Shown: positions 30,506 to 40,473 of the stretch, in pieces
How the letters are laid out: each line of letters starts with the position of its first letter
How positions within the stretch are numbered: position 1 is the stretch's first letter
Assembly: GCA_963815495.1 (NCBI GenBank)
Contig: CAWFGW010000007.1
Coordinates: 193,531-257,530 of the forward strand
Length of the DNA stretch: 64,000 nt
Direction: 5' to 3'
DNA from: an uncultured Cytophagales bacterium
GTDB taxonomy: Bacteria > Bacteroidota > Bacteroidia > Cytophagales > JAAEPT01
Translations under genes and position numbers: made by a program
The notes under the pieces: model-generated
Told to the model about the DNA's origin: nothing
Seen by the model: only the letters and a program-made list of their open reading frames with translations
Database searches by the model: none

Positions 30506-32506
30506 CTAATTAGAGTCATTCTTTAGTTTCGATTGTAATTCTTTATTCTCTTTTTTCAATTTCATTATAATATTTTGAGCTCGTTTAAACTCTTCTTTTA
30601 ATAACTCTTGTTCCTCTTCTACTTTCAACTGGCGTATTTTCAATTCTTCCTCTTTCTGTTGCAAATTATCCGCAATATCTTGTGATTCTTTAAGTAGTTT
30701 TTGAGTTTGTTCGTTCGTTTTAACTGCGAGTATTGATGATGCAACACTTTCCCCAAGTTTTTCAATGAAATCTATTTGATATGATTCTAATTCTTGAAAA
30801 GAAGCTAACTCAAGAACACCAAGTACTCTATTTTGTATCTTCAAAGGAATTATTAATATATAGCCAGGAGGTGCCTCTCCTAATCCCGAAGAGATTTTAG
30901 TCAGAGTTGCCGGTGCTTCTTTAATGTAAATTGTATTTTTTTCTTCAGCACATTGTCCGATTAAACCTTGACCTAATTTAAAATTAGTATTCTTCTTCTC
31001 ATCAATTTCGTAAGCGTAACTTGCTACTAAGTCAAATGATACATCTTCTGAATCTAGGCTTTTAATGGAAAAAAAGCCTCCGTGTCGAGCGCCTACATAT
31101 TCAACTATACTTGAAATAAAAGCTTTACCTAGTTGATTTATATTTGTCGAGTTGTTTCTCAATAGTTCGCCATGCATGGCAATTCCTTCTGTTGCCCATT
31201 TACGCTTTAAACTATCGGCCTCAACTTTTGAAAGGTTTTCGCGCATTGTTAATAACGACTTACTCAATACATCAGAACCAAGCTTTACTTCCGTATCTGT
31301 ATCAGCTATTTCCCCTTTACCTATCTTTTGAGCAAAATCAGTAGATATTTTAAGTCTATAAATAAACTCATTCATGGCCTCTACAGTATCGTATATCTCA
31401 TCGTAATTATCATATTCAATTTCTGGAGGAAACTCACCTTTTGCAAGGCTAATCATATTATCTCTTAAATCAATGATTGGTTTTAGAAAACGTTTTACAA
31501 AAATTGCTATAATTATTATTGAGAAAAATATGAATAATGAACAGAGAAAAACAGTCCAATTGCGTAAATCATCAATAGCTTTAAATGACTCTGCATGATC
31601 AATTTTTGTAACTACACCCCAATCTAATTCTGGTAAGTAACTATGTACAGCGTCTACTACTTCACCACTATGATCAATAATTTCAGATTTAAATGCAGCA
31701 TGGGTAGGTGAAACGCTCATTTGGACTTCTTGCCCTTTGACATCTCCTATATCAAAAACTGGCACTGTATTATTTCGGTATTGATTTCTCAAAGGACTTA
31801 GTATCATAATACCGCCATCTTCGAGAGTTCTTTTTGTTATAAACGACTCTCCTGTGGTTCCAAGACCTGTTGTATCAGCAATCTCATCAAATAGTGTTTT
31901 CAAATTCATTTCACACACTATTACACACATGGTAATATTATTCTGATATTTTAGTGGATATAATGCAGATACATAATACTCATTTTCATGAAACCGTGGA
32001 CGGTAAATTTCACTATAAGACAATTGATGTTTTGAGTTAATAAAAAGTTTTGAACCTGGATTAAAATTCTCTGCATCATATTCATCTAAATAATGAATAC
32101 TATTTGTCTCAAAAATTTTTCTTCCTTTAGGGGTTATTATTGAAATTCTTGTCAATTCAAATGACTCTCTTAAGTTGGTAAGACGTCTTCTTAAAAAAGC
32201 TTCTGAGGATTGATGTATTTGGATTGCGGAATCACTATTTACATTTTGTGTGTTCAAATATTCTGACACATTAGTCAATAAATCTTTGTCTTTTTCCATA
32301 ATCGAAAAACAAGATTTAAATGTGTCAAAATGTGATTGAATTTTATTTTCCTTATAGTTATTTACTACTTGAAGTTTTTCCCTAACCTTCCCTAACAACT
32401 CAGTCTTACTTCTAAAAAAGGTTAACGCACCTATAAAAACCATCGACAATGCAAGTAGCACTGAGATGTAAATAATTAGTTTAACACCAAGCTTGAGTTT
32501 CCCCAT
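30506..32506 (-). CDS. Membrane sensor: Cache-like periplasmic domain, TM, HAMP, GAF, C-terminal coiled coil; no recognisable output domain
   Basis: 666-aa ORF. An N-terminal TM helix and a roughly 290-aa extracytoplasmic region are followed by a second TM (VFLCSLFIFFSIIIIAIFV), a HAMP-like segment (KRFLKPIIDLRDNMISLAKGEF) and a GAF-like segment (GLIGQCAEEKNTIYI...LGVLELAS). The protein ends in a heptad-rich K/E tail. Confidence 0.65.
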   Translation of the reverse strand: MGKLKLGVKLIIYISVLLALSMVFIGALTFFRSKTELLGKVREKLQVVNNYKENKIQSHFDTFKSCFSIMEKDKDLLTNVSEYLNTQNVNSDSAIQIHQSSEAFLRRRLTNLRESFELTRISIITPKGRKIFETNSIHYLDEYDAENFNPGSKLFINSKHQLSYSEIYRPRFHENEYYVSALYPLKYQNNITMCVIVCEMNLKTLFDEIADTTGLGTTGESFITKRTLEDGGIMILSPLRNQYRNNTVPVFDIGDVKGQEVQMSVSPTHAAFKSEIIDHSGEVVDAVHSYLPELDWGVVTKIDHAESFKAIDDLRNWTVFLCSLFIFFSIIIIAIFVKRFLKPIIDLRDNMISLAKGEFPPEIEYDNYDEIYDTVEAMNEFIYRLKISTDFAQKIGKGEIADTDTEVKLGSDVLSKSLLTMRENLSKVEADSLKRKWATEGIAMHGELLRNNSTNINQLGKAFISSIVEYVGARHGGFFSIKSLDSEDVSFDLVASYAYEIDEKKNTNFKLGQGLIGQCAEEKNTIYIKEAPATLTKISSGLGEAPPGYILIIPLKIQNRVLGVLELASFQELESYQIDFIEKLGESVASSILAVKTNEQTQKLLKESQDIADNLQQKEEELKIRQLKVEEEQELLKEEFKRAQNIIMKLKKENKELQSKLKNDSN

Positions 32507-33106
32507 TAATTTTTAACTATACGAAGTAAATTAAATATACTAATAACTTAAGAATTTAATAAATGTACCTGCAAAAGATTATCACAAAATCAATAATTTG
32601 GTCAACTCCTCACATTTACGAAAAAACAGGTTACTGTTACAGTAATTACTTAAAGGTAGCTAACGTAAGAAAGAATTGTATAAAAACTGCCTTACAATCA
32701 AACTATTAAACACATTATCTTCCGAGAGTTTTAAACAAATACAATATTTCTAGTTGATATTACTGGTAATATATTAATAAATAAATCAAACCATACTGAT
32801 TACCTATTACAAGATTTAACTAGTAGCTATTACAAGTGGAGTTTGTTGTGCAGAGCTAAATAGGACTTGTCTACTTTTAGTAAGTTATAATTGCGCTATT
32901 AAGATGTTTTTATCAAGTAGCACCTATCATAATGGAAAGTCCATAAATTTATTCTTACATTTAATCAACTAAAGCGTTATTAAACGCTTTACTATCCTCC
33001 TATCAAATGTTCTGACAAAAGAACTCAAAAAGATAGTCTACAACCTCAAACAAGCTTATTGAAATTCAAAATTAAAACCAGTTTTTACTTAACTATCCTG
33101 TTATCT

Positions 33107-35215
33107 ATGAACAAAATTTTAAGATTAATTTTCTTACCTCTACTCATTCTCTTTTCCGCTAACAGATCTTATGCACAAGATATTCAGTCGTTAGATTCAC
33201 TTTCGGTTGAAATTGAAATCGTTAATCCCACAACCTCAATCAACGATGGTCAAGTTAGGGTTATGGCAAAAGGAGGCCTTCCACCCTACAACTATCTTTG
33301 GTCCAACCCAAACACCCCTTTAACTGCTGCAAATGCTTCTGGCTTGATTGAAGGTGTGGAATATATGGTAACAGTTACAGATTCTAAAAACCTCCAAGTT
33401 AACCAAACTTTTATTATTGAAGCATCGTCTATCACCGAAAATTTCAATGCCGTATTCAGTCCGTTAGTGACGGTTATGAGCAAAGTTTTGTTTTGGGACC
33501 CTTTTGCAGCGATTGGTTTGTACGACCCCGTGGTCTACACCAATAAAGAAATGGTTAAAACACCCCGTTGGACTGCTACCACAGATAGTATCTTCATTTT
33601 AAAAAAGCAACTTGTTCAAAATGGTGATTTGGTGGAAAAAGGCGATGAAATTGCCATCGTTTCTTTTGCTGAGGGTGTAGTAGACACTGCTAAAGCAACA
33701 ACTGCAGGCAAGGTTAATTTCAATGTCGAGGAGGGTAACGTAATTTTCAGTCCTTACAACACTAAAGACCTAATTGAACAAGGCGCTCAATACTTTGCTA
33801 GCATCTCATTTGAGGAAAAAAGGCCGCTTTTATATCCTAATGGAGAAATTCACAAAAATAGCATTCCCTTTATTGTGGTTTGGTTGATTGTAGGCGCTGC
33901 TTTTTTTACGGTCAAAATGGGCTTCATCAACATTCGTGGGTTTAAGCATGCTATCGACTTAGCCAGAGGAAAATATAATGACCCAAATGCACCGGGAAAA
34001 GTAACACACTTTCAAGCTTTGTCCACTGCAGTGTCGGCAACCGTAGGTTTAGGTAACATAGCTGGGGTGGCTGTAGCTATTTCAATTGGCGGTGCTGGAG
34101 CAACTTTTTGGATGATTTTAGCTGGTCTACTCGGCATGTCCTCTAAATTTGTAGAGTGTACTCTAGGCGTTAAGTATCGCCAAATATCACCAGATGGTAA
34201 GATTTTCGGTGGGCCAATGAACTACCTACGTTATGGACTTGAAAAACGTAAAATCAAAGGATTAGGGAAAGTTTTAGCTGGTATTTTTGCGGTGCTGTGT
34301 ATCGGTGCTTCCTTTGGTGCAGGTAACATGTTTCAGTCTAACCAATCGTATGAGATTATGGCTTCTCAGTTCCCTGTTTTAGAAGGACTTGGCTTTTGGT
34401 TCGGAATTGCATTATCTGTTTTGGTTGGGATTGTGATTATTGGCGGCATTGAAAGCATAGCCAAAGTGACTGAAAAGGTGGTGCCACTTATGGCATTAGT
34501 TTATGTGGTCGCTGCACTTATTATCATTGGAATAAATATCGAAAATGTTGGTGCGGCCTTTTCTGCAATTTACAATGGTGCCTTACACTCCAGCGCCTTA
34601 AAAGGAGGATTTATTGGTGTGCTGATTATTGGATTCCAGCGAGCGGCCTTTTCTAATGAAGCAGGAGTCGGCTCTGCTGCCATAGCCCACAGTGCAACTA
34701 AAACCCATGATGCTCCCTCAGAAGGCTTTGTCGGACTGATGGAGCCTTATATAGACACCGTGGTTGTGTGTACGCTTACCGCTTTGGTGCTTATTTTTAC
34801 TGGCATGCATGAAGTGCCCGGGGTTACTGGTGTGAAACTAACTGCCAAAGCCTTTGGATCAGTAATTTCATGGTTCCCTTATATATTAGCAATAGCAGTA
34901 TTCTTATTTGCTTTTTCTACCATGATTTCTTGGTCGTACTATGGAATGCGGGGTTGGACCTATCTCTTCGGCAAAACCAACCAATCGGAATTAGCTTATA
35001 AAATAATGTTCTTAATTTTTGTGGTTATTGGGGCTTCTGTAAGTTTAGGTGCCGTGCTGGATTTTTCTGATATGATGATACTGGCAATGTCCGTACCCAA
35101 CATGACTGGCTTATATATTATGTCGGGTGAAGTTAAAAAGGATTTAGCAGATTATTTACTTAAAAAGAAAGCTGGTAATTTGGGGAAACCTAATGCAGAA
35201 GTAACTTTAGATTAA
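33107..35215 (+). CDS. Alanine/glycine:cation symporter (AGCS) family transporter with a roughly 260-aa N-terminal extension
   Basis: The track ORF starts at TTG 33059, but ATG 33107 gives a clean signal peptide, MNKILRLIFLPLLILFSANRSYAQ. The core motif GKVTHFQALSTAVSATVGLGNIAGVAVAISIGGAGATFWM is the AGCS signature region. The extension contains a SprB-repeat-like unit (NDGQVRVMAKGGLPPYNYLWSN...YMVTVTDSKN). Confidence 0.85.
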   Translation: MNKILRLIFLPLLILFSANRSYAQDIQSLDSLSVEIEIVNPTTSINDGQVRVMAKGGLPPYNYLWSNPNTPLTAANASGLIEGVEYMVTVTDSKNLQVNQTFIIEASSITENFNAVFSPLVTVMSKVLFWDPFAAIGLYDPVVYTNKEMVKTPRWTATTDSIFILKKQLVQNGDLVEKGDEIAIVSFAEGVVDTAKATTAGKVNFNVEEGNVIFSPYNTKDLIEQGAQYFASISFEEKRPLLYPNGEIHKNSIPFIVVWLIVGAAFFTVKMGFINIRGFKHAIDLARGKYNDPNAPGKVTHFQALSTAVSATVGLGNIAGVAVAISIGGAGATFWMILAGLLGMSSKFVECTLGVKYRQISPDGKIFGGPMNYLRYGLEKRKIKGLGKVLAGIFAVLCIGASFGAGNMFQSNQSYEIMASQFPVLEGLGFWFGIALSVLVGIVIIGGIESIAKVTEKVVPLMALVYVVAALIIIGINIENVGAAFSAIYNGALHSSALKGGFIGVLIIGFQRAAFSNEAGVGSAAIAHSATKTHDAPSEGFVGLMEPYIDTVVVCTLTALVLIFTGMHEVPGVTGVKLTAKAFGSVISWFPYILAIAVFLFAFSTMISWSYYGMRGWTYLFGKTNQSELAYKIMFLIFVVIGASVSLGAVLDFSDMMILAMSVPNMTGLYIMSGEVKKDLADYLLKKKAGNLGKPNAEVTLD

Positions 35216-35432
35216 AAAGAGACAACTTATAGGCTAAGGTACTAATCAACTTATCGACTTAAATTCTAAATCTAAAGAAGCAATTTTCAGTGAAATAAAA
35301 ATATCTTCAAAATCAAAATAACAATACTTTTCACCTAATAGGTAAACTTACAGTTATGTGATATACCGAAACTATATTACAAGAAAAACGGTTGCGTTCA
35401 ATGAATTATAAATAACAAAACTGAGCCAGCTC

Positions 35433-35810
35433 ATGAACCTCGAAGAAAACAAACGCAACGCCATTGCATTTTACAGAACAGCTTATGAAGGAAATCCTTC
35501 AGCTGCGATAGCACAGTATGTTGGAAACGAATACATTCAACATAACCCCGAAGTTGCGGACGGCAAACAAGGGTTTATCAATTACTTTGAACGCATGCAG
35601 CACGAATATGCTGATAAATCCATCGAGTTTGTACGCTGTGTGGCTGAAGGTGATTTAGTCGCATTACACACCCATCAGATATGGCCAGACAATGATCAGT
35701 ATATCACCATGGACTTCTTTCGATTTGATGAAAAAGGTAAAATATGTGAACATTGGGATACGGTTCAACAAATCCCAAAGCACTCCGCCAATCCAAATAC
35801 TATGTATTAA
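35433..35810 (+). CDS. SnoaL-like / NTF2-fold protein
   Basis: 125-aa ORF. NKRNAIAFYRTAYEGNP...YIQHNP...G...F resembles the SnoaL-like (COG4922) family. Confidence 0.7.
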   Translation: MNLEENKRNAIAFYRTAYEGNPSAAIAQYVGNEYIQHNPEVADGKQGFINYFERMQHEYADKSIEFVRCVAEGDLVALHTHQIWPDNDQYITMDFFRFDEKGKICEHWDTVQQIPKHSANPNTMY

Positions 35811-35911
35811 CTAAGCCCATAAGGAATGTAAAAGCAATAAATGATTTGTTAAAATTATTTCTAACCCCAATCAAAAAACTTAATTTTGCCAAAACAACAA
35901 TCAATTGAATT

Positions 35912-36682
35912 ATGGATATCTTTGCGGACTTTAACACTTGGGTAGCGCTTTTAACGCTAATTTTTCTAGAAATAGTGCTAGGTATTGACAACATCATCTT
36001 TATTTCAATTACCACATCCAAACTACCACAGGAATCACAAAAAAAAGCTACCAATCTAGGGTTATTGCTTGCTATGGTGATGCGAATTATTTTGTTATTG
36101 GGTGTATCTTATCTCATTGCCATGAAAGATCCATTTTTCAGCTTTGACCTCGATTACCTTAAAGCAGATATAACGGGGCAAAGTTTAATTCTTCTACTAG
36201 GAGGGATTTTTCTGCTTTACAAAAGTACCAGCGAAATACACCATAAAGTGGAAGGAGCTACTGAAGAAAACACTATAAAAAAAGCTTCAAGTTCATTTAT
36301 CAGCGTCATCATTCAAATTATATTAATAGATATTGTCTTCTCATTTGATTCTGTTCTAACCGCTGTAGGTATGACCAATGGCATCGATGGTGCGTTAACT
36401 ATTATGGTAATTGCTGTGGTGATTTCAGTATTAATTATGATGTTGTTTGCACAACCCGTAAGTAAGTTTGTAAACAAACATCCTACGATTCAGATGTTGG
36501 CGTTGTCATTCTTAATTCTAATTGGCTTTATGTTGGTGACCGAAGGAGCACATTTAGCACATGCTGAGGTGTTTCATCAAGAAGTTGGAGCTATTCCTAA
36601 AGGGTATCTTTATTTCGCTATTGCCTTTTCGCTCGGAATTGAAGCACTGAACTTTAAGATTAGGAAAAATAATAAAAAATAA
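35912..36682 (+). CDS. TerC-family integral membrane protein
   Basis: 256-aa polytopic ORF with LEIVLGIDNIIFISI and a second DIVFSFDSVLTAVG repeat, characteristic of TerC. Confidence 0.85.
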   Translation: MDIFADFNTWVALLTLIFLEIVLGIDNIIFISITTSKLPQESQKKATNLGLLLAMVMRIILLLGVSYLIAMKDPFFSFDLDYLKADITGQSLILLLGGIFLLYKSTSEIHHKVEGATEENTIKKASSSFISVIIQIILIDIVFSFDSVLTAVGMTNGIDGALTIMVIAVVISVLIMMLFAQPVSKFVNKHPTIQMLALSFLILIGFMLVTEGAHLAHAEVFHQEVGAIPKGYLYFAIAFSLGIEALNFKIRKNNKK

Positions 36683-36708
36683 ATCTCTAAAATTCTAGAT
36701 AAACAAAA

Positions 36709-36740
36709 AGACCACCCCTGATGAGGGGTGGTCTTTTTTT
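36709..36740. terminator. Bidirectional Rho-independent terminator between TerC and dapD
   Basis: AAAAA-GACCACCCC-TGATGA-GGGGTGGTC-TTTTTTT, a perfect 9-bp GC-rich stem between convergent stops at 36682 and 36763. Confidence 0.85.
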
Positions 36741-36762
36741 GATTATTAGTTATACAAAAAGA

Positions 36763-37572
36763 TTAAACAGCAACATTGTTCTCTCTTAAAGCCTCATTCA
36801 ACGAAGTTTTCTTGTCTGTAGACTCCTTTCTTTTACCAATTATTAAGGCACAAGGCACATTGTATTTCCCGGACGGAAACTCTTTTTCATACGATCCTGG
36901 AATGACCACTGCACGTTCAGGAACTACCCCCATATGAATGACTGGTTCTGGTCCTGTTACATCGATAATTTTTGAACTCATTGTGAGTGTTACACCAGCT
37001 CCTAAAACGGCTTCTTTACAGACACGAACACCTTCCACAACGATGCATCTGGAGCCGATAAACGCACCGTCCTCAATAATCACTGGAGCTGCTTGTACCG
37101 GTTCTAAAACCCCACCAATTCCAACACCTCCACTTAGGTGAACATCTTTTCCAATTTGAGCACAACTTCCAACAGTAGCCCAAGTATCGACCATCGTTCC
37201 ACTCGAAACATAGGCGCCAATGTTTACATAACTTGGCATTAAAACCGCACCACTTTCGATGTGTGCTCCATACCTTGCAACCGCGTGAGGCACCACTCTA
37301 ACACCTTGTGCTGCGTAATCTTTTTTCAAGGCAATCTTGTCATGAAACTCAAACGGCCCCACTTCAATGGTCTCCATTTTATTAATAGGAAAATATAAAA
37401 TTACTGCTTTCTTCACCCAATCATTTACCTGCCAAGTACCATCACTTTTTGGTTCAGCAGTTCTTAATTTTCCTTTATCTAAAAGTTCAATTACTTCTCT
37501 AATTGTTTGTTGAGATTCTGGCTTTTCTAACAAACTTCTATCCTCCCAAATCTTCTCAATTACCTCTTTCAT
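36763..37572 (-). CDS. dapD: 2,3,4,5-tetrahydropyridine-2,6-dicarboxylate N-succinyltransferase
   Basis: 269-aa ORF with left-handed beta-helix hexapeptide repeats (GAYVSSGTMVDTWATVGSCAQIGKDVHLSGGVGIGGVLEP) and the N-terminal helical domain typical of the short DapD form. Confidence 0.85.
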   Translation of the reverse strand: MKEVIEKIWEDRSLLEKPESQQTIREVIELLDKGKLRTAEPKSDGTWQVNDWVKKAVILYFPINKMETIEVGPFEFHDKIALKKDYAAQGVRVVPHAVARYGAHIESGAVLMPSYVNIGAYVSSGTMVDTWATVGSCAQIGKDVHLSGGVGIGGVLEPVQAAPVIIEDGAFIGSRCIVVEGVRVCKEAVLGAGVTLTMSSKIIDVTGPEPVIHMGVVPERAVVIPGSYEKEFPSGKYNVPCALIIGKRKESTDKKTSLNEALRENNVAV

Positions 37573-37773
37573 TTTTCTCTTTTTCTAATGAACATTTGAC
37601 TTTAAGATTCTAAAATACAACTTTATTTTTGAAGCGACATGATAGACTTTTTAATAATCGTTTAATCTGATTTTTACAGGTATTAAAACCCCTATCAAAG
37701 TCTCTATATAAAAGTTAAATTAGTGCCCTTAAAAGGTTTATAGTATCTTGCAAAAAAGCCCCATATTTCTCGC

Positions 37774-38883
37774 GTGAAAAAAGTCAAAAAAAAAGTGCTC
37801 ATTTCTTCGGTTTTAAAACCGATCAACGACACGCGACTCTATGAAAAAATTGGTCAATCACTTGCGAAGAAAGAAACACTTGAAGTACACATTTGTGGCT
37901 TCCATTCCGACCTACCATCCGACCAAAACATTACCTTTCACCCCCTTTTTCAGTTTAAAAGATTGTCTATAAGTCGCTTTTTACCCTATTGGAAATATGC
38001 AATTTTATTATTTAAAGTAAAACCTGATATAATAATATGTAACACTTTTGAATTACAATTGTTTAACTCATTATACAAAATATTATTTGGTGCGGAATAT
38101 TACTATAATTTAGAAGAAAATTACTTTAAAAACATACGTTACACCACCAATTTCCCAATAGCAGTGCGTTTTGTCTTAGCTCACGCTGTACGACTGAAAG
38201 AGCGCCTACTCCACCCCTTTGTCAACAACTACTTTTCAGCGGAAACCGGTTACCTTTCTGAGATGCCGTTTATACAAAATAAAGCTACTCTTATACTCAA
38301 TAAATTTGCTCCAACCCTCCTCCCAATTGAGCGGTACAAAAGTAGTACAAAAAACCATTTTCTTTACTCGGGGACTATCGCTGAACATTACGGTATTTTT
38401 GATATCATTAAATTCATAAAATCATTACAAATAATCAACCCTGAAATAAAACTTACTATCATAGGTTATTGTGCTAACGAAAAAACATTAAGCGTTGTAA
38501 AAGACATAATCAAAAATCATAATTTCATCGAGCTCATAGGTGGCGATGAACGCGTCAATCATCAGCAAATTTTAGATCAAATTCAAGTAGCTGATTTTGG
38601 GATTATTTGTTACAAAAACAACCCAAGCACAAACAACTGCTTCCCCACAAAACTATATGAGTATTTACATTACCAACTCCCCATCATTAACCTAACAACC
38701 AACACATGGTCAAACCAAAAATTAGTTTCATCAGCCATCTTGGAAATTAACACAGATATTGAAAACACAACTAATGTTTTAGAAAAAATCACATCACACC
38801 TTTTTTACAAAAACAATTACTCCCAAGATATCTACTGGGAGAGTGAAGAGAAAAAATTATTCACCATTTTACGATTAGACTAA
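37774..38883 (+). CDS. Glycosyltransferase (GT-B fold, group-1-like)
   Basis: 369-aa ORF with a GTG start. The C-terminal half has the FPTKLYEY motif (E-x7-E-like region) seen in GT4-type enzymes. The family call is tentative. Confidence 0.5.
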   Translation: MKKVKKKVLISSVLKPINDTRLYEKIGQSLAKKETLEVHICGFHSDLPSDQNITFHPLFQFKRLSISRFLPYWKYAILLFKVKPDIIICNTFELQLFNSLYKILFGAEYYYNLEENYFKNIRYTTNFPIAVRFVLAHAVRLKERLLHPFVNNYFSAETGYLSEMPFIQNKATLILNKFAPTLLPIERYKSSTKNHFLYSGTIAEHYGIFDIIKFIKSLQIINPEIKLTIIGYCANEKTLSVVKDIIKNHNFIELIGGDERVNHQQILDQIQVADFGIICYKNNPSTNNCFPTKLYEYLHYQLPIINLTTNTWSNQKLVSSAILEINTDIENTTNVLEKITSHLFYKNNYSQDIYWESEEKKLFTILRLD

Positions 38884-38890
38884 TTCATTT

Positions 38891-38906
38891 TTTAGAGTTA
38901 CCTAAA
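38891..38906 (+). promoter_or_regulatory. Candidate DtxR/MntR-family operator upstream of the metal-uptake operon
   Basis: Inverted repeat TTTAG-AGTTAC-CTAAA about 20 nt upstream of the regulator start. It only loosely resembles the DtxR-type consensus TTAGGTTAGCCTAACCTAA. Confidence 0.25.
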
Positions 38907-38927
38907 CTTTTCCTTATCTTTACTTTG

Positions 38928-39584
38928 ATGCTTAGTCAAACAGAAGAAAATTACATTAAAGCTATCTACCATTTAACAAATGGAAAAGAGCAAAGTGCTA
39001 CTACAAATGCATTATCAGAAGCGCTAAAAACAAAGCCAGCTTCCGTAAGCGATATGCTAAAAAAGCTGTCGAGCAAAGACCTCATTAACTACGAGAAATA
39101 TAAAGGGGTTTACCTTACCAAAGAAGGCTTAAAAGACGCCTTAAAAATCATTCGAAAACACCGCTTATGGGAAGTCTTTTTAGTGGACAAACTCAATTTC
39201 GCATGGGATGAAGTACATGATATCGCTGAACAGCTGGAGCACATTCAGTCGACCACGCTAACCAACAAACTCGACAAGTTTTTGGGTTACCCAAAGAACG
39301 ACCCACATGGTGACCCCATCCCTACTGCAGAAGGAGAAATCAGTAAACATTATCAACTGACTGTTACTGATCTGGAACCGGACAACAAAGCGGTGGTAGT
39401 CGGTGTGAAAGATTCTTCTGCGTCCTTTTTGCAATACCTTAATAAAATTGGTATCTCCTTAGGTTCCGAACTTTTTGTGCTTGAACAAATCGCCTACGAC
39501 CAAAGCTTAGAAATTCAACTTGAAAACAACAAACAAATCATTTCAAAAGAGGTAGCCAAAAACATCTATGTATCCACTCATTAA
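38928..39584 (+). CDS. DtxR/MntR-family metal-dependent transcriptional repressor
   Basis: ORF 38925..39584, with ATG at 38928. TEENYIKAIYHL, the HTH segment ALSEALKTKPASVSDMLKKL, and RKHRLWEVFL plus a C-terminal FeoA/SH3-like domain match the DtxR family. Confidence 0.85.
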   Translation: MLSQTEENYIKAIYHLTNGKEQSATTNALSEALKTKPASVSDMLKKLSSKDLINYEKYKGVYLTKEGLKDALKIIRKHRLWEVFLVDKLNFAWDEVHDIAEQLEHIQSTTLTNKLDKFLGYPKNDPHGDPIPTAEGEISKHYQLTVTDLEPDNKAVVVGVKDSSASFLQYLNKIGISLGSELFVLEQIAYDQSLEIQLENNKQIISKEVAKNIYVSTH

Positions 39585-40473
39585 AATTTGCCTAATATCT
39601 ACCCTACTTGTATTTTGTTCTTGTTCAGATAACAAACCCAGGTCTGGTAAATTAAAAATTGTGACCACCACAGGAATGATTGCTGATGCGGTAGAAAACT
39701 TGGTAGGCACGCAAGCAGAAGTCACTGCCTTAATGGGACCTGGTGTGGATCCGCACTTGTACAAAGCCGCTCAAGGGGATTTAAAACTCTTACAAGAAGC
39801 AGACATCATTATTTATAACGGATTACATCTAGAAGGGAAGATGACCGACATATTCGAGAAATTATCGCGAATTAAATCGGTGTACGCCATCTCAACAGGT
39901 TTACCCAAAGATCGATTACGCAAGGCAAGCGAACAGGACGCAGTAGACCCTCATATTTGGTTTGACATTGACTTGTGGTCATTAGGTGTTAAAAACCTAA
40001 ATGAGTGGCTTAAAAAGACACAACCAACTATAACTATTTCCACAACTGGCAATGGCTATTTCCAACAACTCGATAGCTTACATCAGGCAACCTTAGCGTC
40101 TATCAATACTATCCCAGAAGGCCAACGCCTCCTTATCACCGCGCATGATGCTTTTGGTTATTTTGGCGATGCGTATGGCATTGAAGTAAAAGGCATTCAA
40201 GGCATCTCCACGGTGGCGCAAGCCGGACTACGGGATGTCAACAACCTCATCAACCTCATTATTGAAAGAAAAATCAAAGCAATTTTTGTGGAGTCGTCCG
40301 TGCCCAAGAAACAAATTGACGTGATTGTTGAATCATGTAAAGCACAAGGACATCAACTCGTGATTGGTGGCACACTGTACTCAGACGCTATGGGTGCTCC
40401 ACAGACCCCTGAAGGTAACTATATCGGTATGGTCACACATAATGTATCTGTCATCGTTAACTCATTAAAATGA
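39568..40473 (+). CDS. Metal (Mn/Zn/Fe) ABC transporter solute-binding lipoprotein, TroA/ZnuA cluster
   Basis: 301-aa ORF with a lipoprotein signal (LLVFCSCS) and metal-ligand motifs DPHLY and DPHIWFD. It overlaps the regulator gene by 17 nt. Confidence 0.85.
   Translation: MYPLIKICLISTLLVFCSCSDNKPRSGKLKIVTTTGMIADAVENLVGTQAEVTALMGPGVDPHLYKAAQGDLKLLQEADIIIYNGLHLEGKMTDIFEKLSRIKSVYAISTGLPKDRLRKASEQDAVDPHIWFDIDLWSLGVKNLNEWLKKTQPTITISTTGNGYFQQLDSLHQATLASINTIPEGQRLLITAHDAFGYFGDAYGIEVKGIQGISTVAQAGLRDVNNLINLIIERKIKAIFVESSVPKKQIDVIVESCKAQGHQLVIGGTLYSDAMGAPQTPEGNYIGMVTHNVSVIVNSLK

Noticed and set aside
32507-33106. Glycine riboswitch or other leader RNA in the 600-nt region upstream of the AGCS symporter
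   Set aside because: No GGAGAG...CACCG/ACCGAAGGGGCAA-type glycine aptamer elements, and no convincing conserved stems, were visible by eye. The region is simply very AT-rich. A covariance-model scan would be needed to exclude other RNAs.
35811-35911. Expected yybP-ykoY (Mn) riboswitch upstream of the TerC-family gene
   Set aside because: The 100-nt leader is AT-rich and lacks the conserved GGGGAGUAG-type core and paired helices of that riboswitch class. No supportable structure was seen.
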